A DNA stretch of 64,000 bases. Source: Gracilinanus agilis. Its lineage: Eukaryota. This document shows positions 48,001-61,271 of the stretch, in pieces. The number at the start of each line of letters is the position of its first letter. Position 1 is the stretch's first letter. Under the pieces are notes generated by a model, which was given only the letters and a program-made list of their open reading frames with translations, was not told the DNA's origin and did not search any database. Position numbers and translations under genes: made by a program. The DNA is taken from contig NC_058135.1 in the NCBI RefSeq assembly GCF_016433145.1, positions 21,692,056 to 21,756,055 on the forward strand, given 5' to 3'.

Positions 48001-48150
48001 AAAGAGCTGAGCACATCTTCCCAGTGCTGATCATGCTACCATTTCAGTCAAAAACCTCAGAGATAGCCGTATAGCTCCTTGTGGTGTTTTTTGTTCAAGC
48101 ATCAAGAAAGCCCTACTAGCCATCTAAGTCAGCCTAAACGAAATCTAAAC

Positions 48151-48278
48151 CTGATTGGCCCCTGAGTCAATCAAATTTCAAGAACAGTTTCTGTATTTTT
48201 AAGGAAGAGAGCTAGCTTAATTTGCATGTTGCATGAGCTAATTTAGGAAAAGTTAGCTTAGGCTATATATATATAGCA
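48151..48278 (+). promoter_or_regulatory. Candidate promoter/enhancer motif cluster (reverse CCAAT, AP-1, octamer, TATA-like)
   Basis: CTGATTGG 48151-48158, TGAGTCA 48163-48169, ATTTGCAT 48220-48227 and (TA)6 48264-48275 in non-repeat sequence; motif evidence only. Confidence 0.25.
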
Positions 48279-49702
48279 GGGCTCTAAGAAATAATGCACA
48301 TGGTTACATCTTCTCCTTATACTATAATTTCATCAGGAAATAATTGATTAGAGACCCTGATCAAACTCTCTCCACTAGATACATATTTTCATATTTCTTT
48401 TCTCTCAGTAGGTGGATTCCCATTTTGAGTGAGCAAAATTATAAGGAGAATGCATCTTCTGTGTGACACATTATAATCTCACAATTACTTTTCTTTCGTT
48501 CTCTATTCAAGCAGTAAGGTAATTGGATCTTGTTCTGGGGTTGATATTTATTGTGTAAGATTTCTCAGTTAATGTAAAGATATCTTTGGGTTCCTAGCTG
48601 AATATGAGAGTGACTTTTTTTTCTTCTTAGTTATAATTCCATGTGTAACTTCTCAGCTGCAATTTTTACTTTAAAACTTAGTCCCTCAAATGCTCAAGGC
48701 AATTTCTCCAATATCTGTTGAATACATAATGCCATTAACTGCAGGGTTTTTTGAGCAATTATTAGAAAACTTTTAAATCTGAGAAACTCTAAAGTTTCAT
48801 AGAAAAAAAAGAAAGATCACTTATTCTATATTTGAAACTGTTTTGGGATTTTTTCCCCAGAATGATTTAACTATAACATGTCCACATTGTAGCTGGATAG
48901 CAAGGACCTCAAGTAAAAGTGTTTCTCTTCAGGTTGATGTTGAAGGTTTCCTAACAAGTTTTTGTTTTCCCCTAAGACTGTTAAAATCTGAAAAAAAATT
49001 AAATAAACATTTATTACCTAAATACAGACAATTCTCCCTTTACATAAGAAGAGCTTCTTCAGACCTCTTTGTAAAGTAGTTTTTACATAATAAAAATTTG
49101 TCCAACAATGTAGGAAAGAGAGGGAGGTACAAAGGAGGTCAAGAGAGGGTGTCAGCACACATTTCAAGGACATGTCAGGGCTGGGTCCAGAAAAGAAGAA
49201 GGAGGAACATAAGGAAAGGCATGCTAGCACTAGAAGTAATCATGTGGGGGCCTGATTGGAACCTAGAGGAAGATGGAGTGAAGGGCAGACATGCAGAGGC
49301 TGGACCAAAATAGGATAAGATAGAATAGGTGATTCTGTGGGACTAGGGACACTTGAATACAGATGGATGGAAGACAGACATATGAGAGCCAGACACACTC
49401 AGGTAAGTGGGCAGAATGGAGCAACTATCTTCTCTCTTAGTCCTGAAGATCTCATGCCAAGTCCCTGATCTTATAGCAATAGCTGCCATAGTCTTTCCAC
49501 ATCTACTTTCTTCTGCTTTCACCTGGAGGTTTGTTTTTTTTTGTGGGGGAAGGGTTTGCTTTTGGTGGTGAGTTGGGAGACCATAGAGGGACAAGCTAAG
49601 TGTCAGGGGCAAAGACAGCACAATATTATGCAGTAATGTTAACATAATTGGAGTTTTCTTTTTTTTAATTGAGATTTCTTTTTGAATTCTTTACATAAAG
49701 TA

Positions 49703-49731
49703 AAATTTGCATAATGCAAATTTATGCAAAA
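49703..49731. promoter_or_regulatory. Palindromic double octamer (POU-factor dimer-like site)
   Basis: AAATTTGCAT-A-ATGCAAATTT: perfect 10-bp arms containing ATTTGCAT and ATGCAAAT, plus a third near-octamer ATGCAAAA at 49724-49731. Confidence 0.35.
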
Positions 49732-51085
49732 CAAAACTGTGTATATATGCATATGTCTTTTATATTATATATGATATATGTATTTAAAATAATATGAGGA
49801 ATATAGAACCAAAAGAAAAGAAGATAAATTGGTTGGTTTGAGGCCTCTCCTTGATATCTTCTATAGAGTGAGTTTATATGATGGAGGTTGCTATCAAGGT
49901 GAATTGCTTGACTTATTCTTGGGAGATTCCTGGATACGACAGGATAAGATATACATAGATGATTTGACCTTTTAGGTTCCTGCCAGCTCTAAATTTAGAA
50001 TCCTGTGATCCTGATCAGTTTTATATTTATGTAAGTAAGATAAATGTTCTGCTTTTTGGCTAGAAAACTTTTTTTCATATATTCTCTTATTTGATTTTCA
50101 CATAAGCTTTATAAGGTAGAGGGGAAAAGTAATAATATCCCCATTTTATAAGTAAGATTACAAAGGTTAAAAGCAATTAAGCTACTTATTAAAAGTCACA
50201 TAAGAGTTGCAAAGATACACTGGAAATCAGAAGACCAATTCTTCTACTACTAACTAGCTAAGTAACCTTTGTTGATTATCTCTTCTTGGCTCTAGGTTTT
50301 TCATCTCTTAGGGTAGGAGGATTAAGCCAAAAGGCTAGAATTTCATTTTTCTAACTCCAAGTCAGAAAATTCATATTTTAGGACCATTATCTTGAACCTA
50401 GATAAGTCTTCATGAAAGTGATGGTCTTGAATTGGTGAAAATAAGTTTTTAAAGATGATCCTCACATAGCATAGAGTCTCAGATTCCATTGCTGAATTGG
50501 TCAATTTTATTGAATTGCCTTTTTTAATGCTTTGTCAGGAGGGATAGATCTCTATATAGGGAGAAAGGCTATATATTTGGAATTGAAAATTATATGAAAA
50601 TAAAAATAACTAGAAAAAGTAATATTTTTAAAATATTACCCTGAAAGAGAGGAATTTAATAAATCAAGAATTAAGCATTCCCAAGTCAATGACAATAAGT
50701 TGGAAAGTGAAGACAAAATAAAGGGACTCTCCTTTTGATAGGTGAATTGAAAAAGTTGAAATTTTCCTTGAGGATATAGAATCTTAAGCTAGAATTCTAT
50801 ATCTTTAAAGAATTTTATGGAGTTATAGTATGGTTTTGCTGATTGATAGAAGAAGTAAAGGAAATTTACCTCAATTTTGATATTAATTTCTTTTTTATAA
50901 ATTTGAATAGACTTCTCTATTTGAGTATTCTTTTATGCCTGTGGAATGAGGTAACCCTGAGCTGAAATCTGTCAGCAAAACACAAGTTGATAAATTTTGC
51001 CAAAATAGAAAAGCTATCAAGTATGGTCCTAATAGGAGACTCTGACTGCTATCAAATGAAGAAGCCAGGGCTCAAGAAGAATAAA

Positions 51086-52139
51086 AAACTCTGACAGGGG
51101 TCTAATTACTCAAATATACAAGGAGTTAAATCAATTGTATAAAAAATCAAGCCATTCCCCAATTGAAAAATGGGCAAGAGACATGAATAGGCAATTCTCA
51201 GGTAAAGAAATCAAAAGTATCAATACGCACATGAAAAAGTGTTCTAAATCTCTAATGATTAGAGAAATGCAAATCAAAACAACTCTGGGGTATCACCTCA
51301 CACCTAGCAGATTGGCTAAAATGAAAGAAGGGGGGAGTAATGAATGCTGGAGGGGATGTGGCAAAATTGGGACATTAATGCATTGCTGGTGGAGTTGTGA
51401 ACTGATCCAACCATTCTGGCTGGCAATTTGGAACTATGCTCAAAGGGCTATAAAAGAATGCCTGCCCATTGATCCAGCCATACCATTATTGGGTTTGTAC
51501 CCCAAAGAGATCATAGATAAACAGACTTGCATGAAAATATTTATAGCTGCGCTTTTTGTAGTGGCAAAAAACTGGAAAAGGAGGGTATGCCCTTCAATTG
51601 GGGAATGGCTGAACAAATTGTGGTATATGCTGGTGATGGAATACTATTGTGCTAAAAGGAATAATAAACTGGAGGAATTCCATGTGAACTGGAAAGACCT
51701 CCAGGAATGCTTCAGAGCGAAAGGAGCAGAGCCAGAAGAACATTGTACACAGAGACTGATATATTATGGTAAAATCGAATGTAATGGACTTCTGTACTAG
51801 CAGCAATGCAATGACCCAGGACAGCTCTGAGGGATTTATGGTAAAGATGCTACCCACATTCAGAGGAAGGACTACAGGAGAGGAAACATATAAGATAAAC
51901 AATTGCTTGAACACATGGGCTGAGGCGGACATGATTGGGGATGTAGACTTGAAGCTACCACACCAATGCAACTACCAACAATATGGAAATAGACCCTGAA
52001 CAAGGACACATGTTACAACCAGTGGAAATGAGCATCGGCCATGGGTGGGGGAAGAGCGGGGGGTGAAGGGGAAAGTAGGGATATAAAGTATGTAAACAGG
52101 TTAAAAATGAATATTAATAAATTTAAAAAAAGAATAAAG
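51086..52139 (+). mobile_element. Young 5'-truncated L1 (1.05 kb) with 12-bp TSD, inserted into a MIR
   Basis: ORF 51135-51800 is the L1 ORF2 C-terminus with CCHC knuckle ECWRGCGKIGTLMHCWW (frameshifted near its end); TSD aagaagaataaa at 51074-51085 and 52140-52151; flanks rejoin as MIR (gggctcaagaagaataaa|tgacttatccaaag). Confidence 0.97.
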
Positions 52140-52428
52140 AAGAAGAATAAATGACTTATCCAAAGTTTGAGGTTGTTTTTTGAGATGGTGCTTGAACCTA
52201 GGTCTCACGGTTGTTTCTACCACAACATACTGCCTTTGGAAAGTTGACTATGCGACAAAGAATAGTCAAATATATATAATCATATAATTATCTTCTGAGA
52301 ACTTTGTGAAAATAATGTAGTCTATTAAAGAATCATAGAAGTTTTAGAAAAATTTATCAAGTTGGGGCATGGGGATTTTATAGAGTAAATTATCCTAAGG
52401 TATAGGATTTAAATACTTAATTTACTAC

Positions 52429-52564
52429 NNNNNNNNNNNNNNNNNNNNNNNNNNNNNNNNNNNNNNNNNNNNNNNNNNNNNNNNNNNNNNNNNNNNNNNN
52501 NNNNNNNNNNNNNNNNNNNNNNNNNNNNNNNNNNNNNNNNNNNNNNNNNNNNNNNNNNNNNNNN
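52429..52564. other. Assembly gap (136 N)
   Basis: Run of N. Confidence 1.
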
Positions 52565-53399
52565 GCTTTAAAAAAAACCCTTTTTACCAGCACTCTGAAA
52601 GGATAGCAGAAATGGAATTAACAATAATTTGCCAGTTTCCCGAATTTAAAAGTTGGTAATAATGCTGACCAAAATGAAAAATGAAAGCTAAAAATTTTAT
52701 TGTACATGCACAGAGAAATCCCCAAACAACTTTAATTTTTAAAAAGTATACAGAAGTTAGAAGCACAAATATCAGAAAATAAATACAAAAGCATGGCATG
52801 AGAGGCCCAGTAAAGATGATGAAATAAGAACCAACTTCAGCCTTTTCTAGAACCACTGGAGAAACAAAGGAAAACAATAAAAGAAATACTAATCAGGTAA
52901 TCCTCATTAAAGAACTAAAAAGAGTGCATAGTATACACTCGATACCTGAGCTAGACCAAGACTGTCCTGAAATTCCATGGTATTGTCCCCATTGAAATTT
53001 GTGGAAGGCAATGGGATGGGAAACAAAATCAATCAACTAGCAGAACAATATTCCTGACCCATCATCAGTATCCAGGTGCCCATTTCTTCTGCCATCCAGG
53101 ATTATAGCAGAGAGAAGTAGCTCTTCAGATTATTAGAGGATGCTCTCAGGCTTTGTCTTGGGGCAGAGTTATGGATAAGACCCAGAATCTGTATTGATCT
53201 CTACTAAACTACTCCAGTTGTGGGAGGGGACCCAACAGAGTGTTGGATTTCAGGCTCAAACACCTAATCCAGGATTATGATCTCTGCTTTAGTTTTCCAC
53301 AAGATTGTTGGAGGGAGTAGGACCAATAAACTATTATCACTTAGGCTTGATAACTAGGCAACTCTAAATTGAAGTCCAAGAACTCATTCTGGTTGCTTA

Positions 53400-56350
53400 T
53401 ACTCATTTCCAATTTTATATCATGAACTGAGGGTCTAGAGTGAAAAAGATTTCAGCAATTATAGAGTGTAGACATATTAGAAAGAAATAGAAAGAAGTGG
53501 AATAATCTTTCTGTCCTCAGAAGAAAGAATGATTATTTGAGCAATTAAAAGGCACTTCTAATACAGTGAAGAAATATTATGAGCTAGGAAAATTCCAAGA
53601 TAAAATTCCAGAAATCTTCAATAAATACAAATTGAACCACAGGACATTATATTTAAAGAAATCTTAAAATTGCCAAAATCTCTTACAACCAGGACAAAGA
53701 GGACAAAGTAGAAATAGAAATAATTCACTGGTCACTTTCTGAAAGATAAAATAAAAACTTTTAAGAATATCTGAACCAAAATCCAGGTCAAAGGAAAAAA
53801 AAACTACAAACAGAAATAATTGAAGCATCAAGGAACCACAGTAAAAACATACTTGATTTGTAGTTACTATTGTAAAAGAGCATAGAACTTGAAATATTAT
53901 ATTCCAGAAGGCAAAGAATATGGACTTACAACCAGGAATGGCCTTCCCAGCAAAACTTTGTATAATGCTACAGGGGTAAGGAGTGGAGTGGATTGGAATG
54001 TACCTTTAATGAATGGAAGATTTCCAAGTATTCTTGTCGGAAAAAAAATCAGAACTGTGGAGAAACTTGGAAGTTAAAATATAGGAGTTAATAGAAAGAT
54101 AAAAAGGTAAACATGAATGACTAAACAAATATAAACTGCTAATATTCAAATATAGGAAGTTAATACATGCATCCTCTTGGAACTCTATGATCAAGAGTCA
54201 CATAAGGAGCCTAACAGGAGTGGTTCTGTTATGTCTTGATGTTCTTAAGAGAAGGTTAGAAGTAGAAGAGAAGAAGAATACACTTGGAGACTGGGTGCAT
54301 GTGGAAGATAGGAGGTGGAGAGAAGGGAATTGAAGTTTAGATAAAATTATCTCACAGAAACAGAGGGCAAAAGTATACATCTACAAACAAGTAAGGGAGG
54401 TTGGTGAAACTTCAACCTTACTGGCATCTGAACTAGTTAAAGGAGGGGAAAATACCCACACAGAATTGGATGCAGAAAGATAATTCACTCAACAGGAAAA
54501 TAAAAAGGAAAGGATATAAAGCAAATTAGAGGGAGGTTAGATTAAAGAAGTGATGAATCCTAAAGAAAACAAACTCTAGGATATGCCAAAATATATATAA
54601 ACCTTTTTGAGGTGGCAAAACAAATAGATCTGCTATTTCCCAAAATTGAGGAATGGGAATGACAATTTATGCTTTGTAAATGTGATGGAGTACTATTGTG
54701 CTTTAAGAAATAATGAAAGTGATGTTTTCAAGGAGACCTGGAAAGACTTGTATAATTGATGCAAAGTGAACAGAACCAGGAATACAATTTATGCAATGAC
54801 ATATGGTAAATAATACAGTAGAGAAAAATAACTTTGAAACAATTAGGAACTTTGATTGGAGTCGTGGCTAACCATGATTCTCAATGACTAATGATGAAAC
54901 ATGCTATCCATTTCCTCATACAGAGGTGAATAACTCAAAAAGGAAATGCTAAGAAGGAGATTGGGGGGGGTGGAATGGTCAAGTATACATTTTTTTGCTT
55001 GACTATGTCATATATATATATATATATATGTAGTTTATATAACTACATGTTTGTAAAAGGAGGTTTGTTTTTCTTTTGTTCTCAATTAGGAGGAATTTGG
55101 GGAGGAAGTGTGAAAAGATGAATTTTTCTGATTAAAAAATTGTAAAATTAGAAGGGGCAAATAAAAAAGAAATATAAGAAGAAAAGAGTCCTAGAAAGAC
55201 AATCAAGTTTGAGCAACCTGAAAAGGCTAAATAGCAATCAAGTGTTTATTCTCATTTGAGAAGATGATATGATTATCTTTTCAAAACTATGCCAACTTCA
55301 AGGGTCAAACTGAACAGAAAACAATCTCAGGGGAGAAAAGAAAATAATGTGTGTGTAATGAAAAAAATAACTGAAAATTCAGAAATAAAGAAGAGAAGAG
55401 ATGGACTATTTTTTGTAATTGTAGTAAAACAAAATTATCAAACAAATTTTAAGGTGGGGAGGGAGAACTAGAGATCTTGTGAGCCGTGTTTTTTTTATCT
55501 TATTTTGTCAAGGTAACGGGAGGAAAGAGTATAATATAGCTTTACAATGAAATAAATGGGTAAAAAAGAGAGAGTTCAAATCAGAGTTTAGATTTAGAGA
55601 GGGGATAGGAGCAAGCCAAAGACACTTCCTCTATAAAAAGTTTATTATAAAGGGGACATTAAGAAGCAAAAGGGAAAATTAATATGTGTCCTGGTTGAAG
55701 AGGGAAAGGATTGAATTTGGATAGTGTGAACTGCAGGTTACTAGATTTCATGTTATTCTAGTTTCCCTACCCTTGTAAAGAAGTTTTTGGGGGAACACTG
55801 AGAGGAAATTTTATAAAAAGATAAGATGGCTTGAAAAGATGCAACTAATAATCATAATGGATATGAGTACAATGAAATAAGTCAGGATGACAGAATAGAT
55901 CAAAAAGCAAATCTCTCTTCATATACATATAAATATAATCTATATATAATCTATATGTATGTTGCTTCTAAGAAGCACACTTAAAAAATTCAGTCATATA
56001 GATAAGTACAGAATGTAAGAGACTGAAATAGAATTAATTATAATTCAAATGGATCCAAAAAAGTAGGAGAGTGGCCATCATGATCTTAGATAAGGCAAGA
56101 GTAAAAATAGATATGGTAAAAAGCAATAAGTGAGAAAACTGCATTATGCATAAAGGCACTATAGATGATGAAATTATCTTAAATCAAATGCAGTGAATGG
56201 CATAGAACTTAAAAGTAAAGGAAATCAAAATACATTGGAAATAGACAGTAAAAACAATACTGGCGTTTTTAGCATGATCCTTTTTGTCATAGATATCTGT
56301 TAAAGAAAGATTAATGAAAAGAAATTTAAGGACCTTAATAGAATTTTTTT
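53400..56350 (+). mobile_element. Old L1: ORF1, spacer and endonuclease start, with a nested L1 3' fragment at about 54600-55150
   Basis: ORF1-like ...YYIPEGKEYGLTTRNGLPSKT (53889-54077); EN-like text from about 55830 (gttgcttctaagaagcacact, atcatgatcttagataaggc); ORF2 end and 3' UTR text at 54600-55150. Confidence 0.7.
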
Positions 56351-56499
56351 TAATTATAAATAAATTAGTTCCAGAGCAAAGATGGTGGAATAGAAGCTGT
56401 GTATCTCTGAGCAAATCATTTAACCTCTGCCTCAGTTTCATCAATTATAAAATGATGACAGTAGTAACACCTACATCCCAGAGTTGTTGTTATGATTTA

Positions 56500-56760
56500 G
56501 TTGGGACATTCTATTGTGCCACAGGGTATCAGTCTCTGTGTACAATGTTCTCCTGGTTCTGCTCCTTTCGCTCTGCATCAGTTCCTGGAGGTCTTTCCAG
56601 TTCACATGGAATTCTTCCAGTTCATTATTCCTTTGAGCACAATAGTATTCTATCACCATCAGATACTGCATTTGTCCAGGCAGTCCCCAGTCAATGGACA
56701 ACCCCTCTTTTTCCAATTTTTTGCCACCACAAAGAACATGACTATAAATATTTTTCCTTA
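56500..56760 (-). mobile_element. L1 ORF2 C-terminal fragment adjoining a MIR (about 56360-56500, plus)
   Basis: ORF 56471-56716 LMVIEYYCAQRNNELEEFHVNWKDLQELMQSERSRTRRTLYTETDTLW. Confidence 0.9.
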
Positions 56761-57226
56761 TTAAGAAAGATTAATTTTTAAAGCTTATTACTTTAAAATA
56801 TAAATCATTTTGTTTAAAAATATTTTAATTTAAGAAATTAAGATGATCAATTTTATTTTTTAATAGTATTTGTCCTTTAATCATGATCTTTTCTCATTCA
56901 TAATTGCAAAAAGTATATCTTTCCTTGATTATCTTATTTTTATGATGTGATCTTTTTTGTTGAGTTGATGCATTTATGTGGAGCTTATTGTTCTATGTGG
57001 TGAAGATGGGGATTTAAACCTTATTCTGTCCTCCAATTTTTTTCTAACCAGTTTTGTAGTGGTTAGAAATTAATTTGCTTCTGAATGTTGTATATGTGAG
57101 TTCTCCTGATTAATTTTTCTACATTTTAACTTTAGATTATTTTTATTATAGTATCATATCTGGCACTCCTTTTGTTTTCTTTCATTATTGCAATTGAGTT
57201 GTTTGAACTTTGTTTCAGATTAGCTC

Positions 57227-57227
<1 letters not shown>

Positions 57228-57272
<45 letters not shown>

Positions 57273-57308
57273 ATATATATACATATATATATGTACATAT
57301 ATATATTT
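57228..57308. repeat. (TA)n microsatellite with imperfect extension
   Basis: Directly visible; a shorter (TA)n lies at about 55008-55030. Confidence 0.95.
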
Positions 57309-58251
57309 ATAAGGTTGGTATGACACTGAATCATTTGCAAGTTAATTTAGTAGTATTGTCATTTTTATTATATTGAAATGACCCAATCATGAACAATTAA
57401 TATATCTTCAGTAAGTTATCCCTATTTGTATTTTTTTTAATATGTTATAGCTATATCTGTATAGTTCCACTCCATTTCAAATGGAATTCTTTCTGAATCA
57501 TGCTGCTGAGTTATCTTGGTAATATACAATAAGGATTTTGGTTTATATGGCTTTATAATATTTGTTCTATGTACATCAACAGATGTAAATCTGTTGAAAT
57601 TAAAAAATTTTTCAAGTATTTTATTTGAATATTTCTGGTTCTCTAAGTAGGTCATATTATCTTCTTTAACTACTGTGATCATTGAAGATATTAAGGAATT
57701 GAAGAGATGTTTCCCTCTTACTTCTTCAGTAATATATAAGACCTATATAATTTGTAGCCTCTTCCATTTCTTTGAATGAATTTACCTTACTATATTTCTT
57801 TTGACTCCAGTTTTTGAATTTCAAAGTTTTTACCCATTCTGATACTTTTCACAAGAATGCTTGAAATTTTTCAATTCAGTTAAAGATTCCTTTTTCATCA
57901 GTACTGTACTCAGTTTTTCCGGGTAAGTTATTCTTGCTTGTAAAATATCTTTTCTTACCTTGGATATGATCACTGAAGATCTCTCTTCCTTTATATTGGA
58001 ACTTCCAGGTCTTCTGTGATCTTGATAGGAATACTTTCTTTCTCAGTACTTGAAGTACTTCCACCCCCCTTTTTGGAAACTTTTAATTTTGTCTATTATG
58101 TTTGTAGAGTGTGTCTTTCAGGGATTTATTTCAGGAAGTGATCAGTGTTCTTATATTTTTACTTTGGCTTGGGATTCTAAAAGATTTGGGCCTTTTCATT
58201 TATGATTTTTAAACATGTGGTTCTTAAAAATATATGCTGTTCTGCTTGATT

Positions 58252-58720
58252 TCTATATGAACTAGAAAGACCTCTATGAACTGATATAGAGCAAAATGAG
58301 CAGAACCAGGAGAACATTGTACACAGAAATGGAAACATAGTGGCGTGATCAAATATAATAGACTTGTTACTAATAGCAATGCAATGATCCAGGCTAATCC
58401 TGAGGGATTTATGAGAAAGAATGCTATCCACATCGAGAGAAAAAACTGTGGGAATAGAAAGACAGAAGGAAAACATAAGATTCATCACTTTTTTAATGGT
58501 ATAGGATTTGGGGTTTTGGCTTTTAAAAGATTACTCTATTATAAAAATGAATAATATAGAAATAGATATCAAGTGATAACACATGTATAACACAGTGGAG
58601 TTGCTTATCAACTCTTGGAGAGGGGAGGAAAGAGGAGAGAGAGAAAAAATGAATCATGTAACCATGGAAAATATTTGAAAATAAATAATTTTTAAAAATA
58701 ATCAAATGAAATAAAATAAC
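58252..58720 (+). mobile_element. L1 3' end nested in antisense L1 ORF1
   Basis: gaactagaaagacctctatgaactg...aatcatgtaaccatggaaaatatt; imperfect direct repeat atatgctgttc / atatgttgttc on either side. Confidence 0.9.
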
Positions 58721-60389
58721 AAATATGTTGTTCATGGTTTCCAGGTAGTCTAATGATTCTTAGATTGCATCTTAAACTATTCTTAGGTTACTTTTTTTTT
58801 AAATCAGACACCTTACTTTCTCTTCTACTTTTTCTCAATATTTTGGTTTTATTCTTACATTTATCATGAAAGGAGTCCATTTCTTAAGTATGCTTTATCA
58901 TATCAAGTTCTAAGAAGTTAATTTTCCTTCTTTATCTTTCCTCTAAAATTTAATTTCATTTGTAATCTCTTGTTTAATTTTTCTGAATTCTCTTACCAAC
59001 CCATTTTCTGTTTCTATGAACTGTTTATAGTTATTGTAAATATTTATTCTCATCTGTTTTTGTGCCTTTTGTCATATTCTTCACATAATATTTCTTTTCT
59101 TTTAATATTTTCTTTTACAAATTACATATAAAATAAATTTTAATATTTCAATTAGATTTTGAGTTCCAAATTCTCTTGCCCCTCCTTTAGATGATAAGCA
59201 ATTTCATATATATATACGTATATATGTTATATAGGTGTGCAAAACGTATTTCCATATTAGCCATGAAGTAAAAGAAAACACTAGCCTCCATACCCAGAAA
59301 AAACCAACAAGGGAAAAAAATAATTTTAAGAAAGCATACTTCAGTCTGAATTCAGCCTCCATCACTTCTTTCTCTGTAGGTAGATAGCATTTTTTATCAT
59401 AAATCCTTCAGAATTGCTTTGGATCATTGTATTGCTGAGAATAGCTATCATTCACAAATTGATCCTTTTCCTTTGGAATCTCTTTGGGATACTGACCTAA
59501 TAGTGATATCGCTAAATAAAAGGGTATATAAAGTTTTGGGGGTAAATTTTTTGTAGGTTATTTCCCAGAATTATTGAATCAATTCACAACACCTGCTGCA
59601 ACACCTGCAAGTGAAACCCTAACTCCCACTGCAGAGCAATCTACAGTGTGACTAGTTGGTGCAAGTCCAAGGAGAAGCATAGAACTCTTGCCTGTGGCTA
59701 GGAAGAGGACCTGAGCCCTGGCACAGTGAGGTCCACAGCACACTTGTTAGGGTCTCTGGGCCTTCTCCTATGCTTGCACTGGTCACAGTCTGCCTTGAGC
59801 TAGGGTTTGGGGTCCCACTGCCCACTTGTTCTAGGAACTTGAAAGGGTTGGTGTGGGGATGTTCTGCTGTTGCTTTGAGTAGGGTCTCTAGGTATCAATG
59901 TTGATTTGAGCCCATGCTTAGACTTTAATAGTAGAGGTGGGATGAGGGAGCTTGCCATGTTCCTTGGTGTAGTCTTGCTGCCAGCTGTGCTCCTTTCTCA
60001 CCCTAGTGAAACAGACCCTCTCAACCTACCTTCCAAATTGTTTTCTACAGGAAATTTGCTTCACTATGTCCCCCTGTTGGTTCTCTCACTACAGTATTTG
60101 TTTGGAAGCATTATTTTAATATTGGTCAGAGAGGATTCTCAGAGAGATTTGAGCTCCCCATGTCTCTACTCCACCATCTTGACTTTCTTCTTTGATTTTT
60201 AACATCTTTTTTTGCCCTATTTTAAGAATTCTTGGTGGGCTTGTGTTCAATTCATAGTTTCTTCTTTGAGGATTTCTTTGTAGCACTTTTGCCTTTGTTT
60301 TCTTCTGAGTTTGTGTTTTGATATATGATAACTTTCTTTAATCAATTTCTTGTTATTTGTTCATTTCCCAGCCTTTTTCTTGACTTTTA

Positions 60390-60593
60390 GTTTAGTTTAG
60401 TTTAGTTTAGTTTTTTTAAACCCTTAATTTCGGTGTATTGTCTCATAGGTGGAAGAGGGGTAAGGGTGGGCAATGGGGGTCAAGTGACTTGCCCAGGGTC
60501 ACACAGCTGGGAAGTGGCTGAAGCTGGGTTTGAACCTAGGACTTCCTGTCTCTAGACCTGACTCTCACTCCACTGAGCTACCCAGCTGCCCCT
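60390..60593 (-). mobile_element. Young SINE1_Mdo-like element with (CTAAA)n tail and 10-bp TSD
   Basis: Antisense head and core; (TTTAG)n tail; TSD ttgactttta at 60380-60389 and 60594-60603. Confidence 0.95.
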
Positions 60594-61271
60594 TTGACTT
60601 TTAACTTAAAAAAAACAACAACTTTAAGTTGGTCTCTGATCCTGGAGTAGAGGTAGAACTTTTTCCAAGTTTCTGATTTCTTGTGCAGCTGGTTTCAGAG
60701 ATTGTTCTGTGGATCTTTAAGTTTTCAGTTCTTCCAAGGTGGTATGGTATATGGAGAGGTATGTTTACTAATCTTTTGGCATGTGCTGTGTTCTGTGAAA
60801 AATCACAAGCACTCCTTTCTCCTATGGGTCCCTGCTCTCCGGAAGCCAAATGTTCTGGAACTACGACCCAAGACTTTGATCCAGGTCAGCATTTTGACAA
60901 TTCATAGAAGTCCTGTACCCAGTGTCAACAATGGGACCCCCCCCCAAAATCTCCTTTGGACTGGTGATCTTACCAACCCTGTTAGTGTCTTACCCCATTA
61001 CTGAGGGTTTTGGAAGCTGCTCCTGCCCTGAAGGCTTCCACTGGCTTGCCAAGACAAGGCCTACCCTGATGCAGGCCTACTCTATTGTGACAAAACTTTT
61101 CCACTCATCTTTCAAGTTATATTAGACTAAAAAATTATTCCAGCCTATACTTTTGTACTTTCAGTTGCTCCTGTAGAAAATCCTGTAGTAGTTCCTATAG
61201 AAAATAACCCAATTAGAATTTTTAAAATACATTTTCACATCTTTCCTGTTTACACATATGTTTAGATTTAG

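Larger units (their letters stand above)
56770..61230 (-). mobile_element. Old minus-strand L1 pieces (ORF2, ORF1, 5' UTR) carrying nested younger insertions
   Basis: Antisense ORF1 text 57700-59100, old 3' UTR 59100-59600, GC-richer 5' UTR-like text 59600-60400 and 60600-61230; possibly more than one element. Confidence 0.6.

Noticed and set aside
48218-48340. Immunoglobulin light-chain-type V promoter (TNATTTGCAT decamer plus TATA)
   Set aside because: No leader exon with donor, V exon or recombination signal sequence follows.
49343-49645. 100-aa minus-strand ORF with a hydrophobic N-terminus
   Set aside because: Low-complexity Leu/Ser run from the antisense of a purine-rich tract; no recognisable domain or support.
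51135-51800. Longest ORF in the window (221 aa) as a host gene
   Set aside because: It is the L1 ORF2 C-terminus inside a TSD-bounded, 5'-truncated L1 with no promoter, endonuclease or RT domain, and it is frameshifted near its end.
34347-52564. ORFs spanning N runs (34347-34643, 42335-42575)
   Set aside because: Artefacts of assembly gaps. The gaps could hide short exons or repeats, which limits any gene model here.
53400-55150. HAL1-like (ORF1-only) element: ORF1 followed directly by an L1 3' end
   Set aside because: Spacer and endonuclease sequence resume after 55150, so a separate L1 3' fragment nested in an ordinary old L1 explains it more simply.
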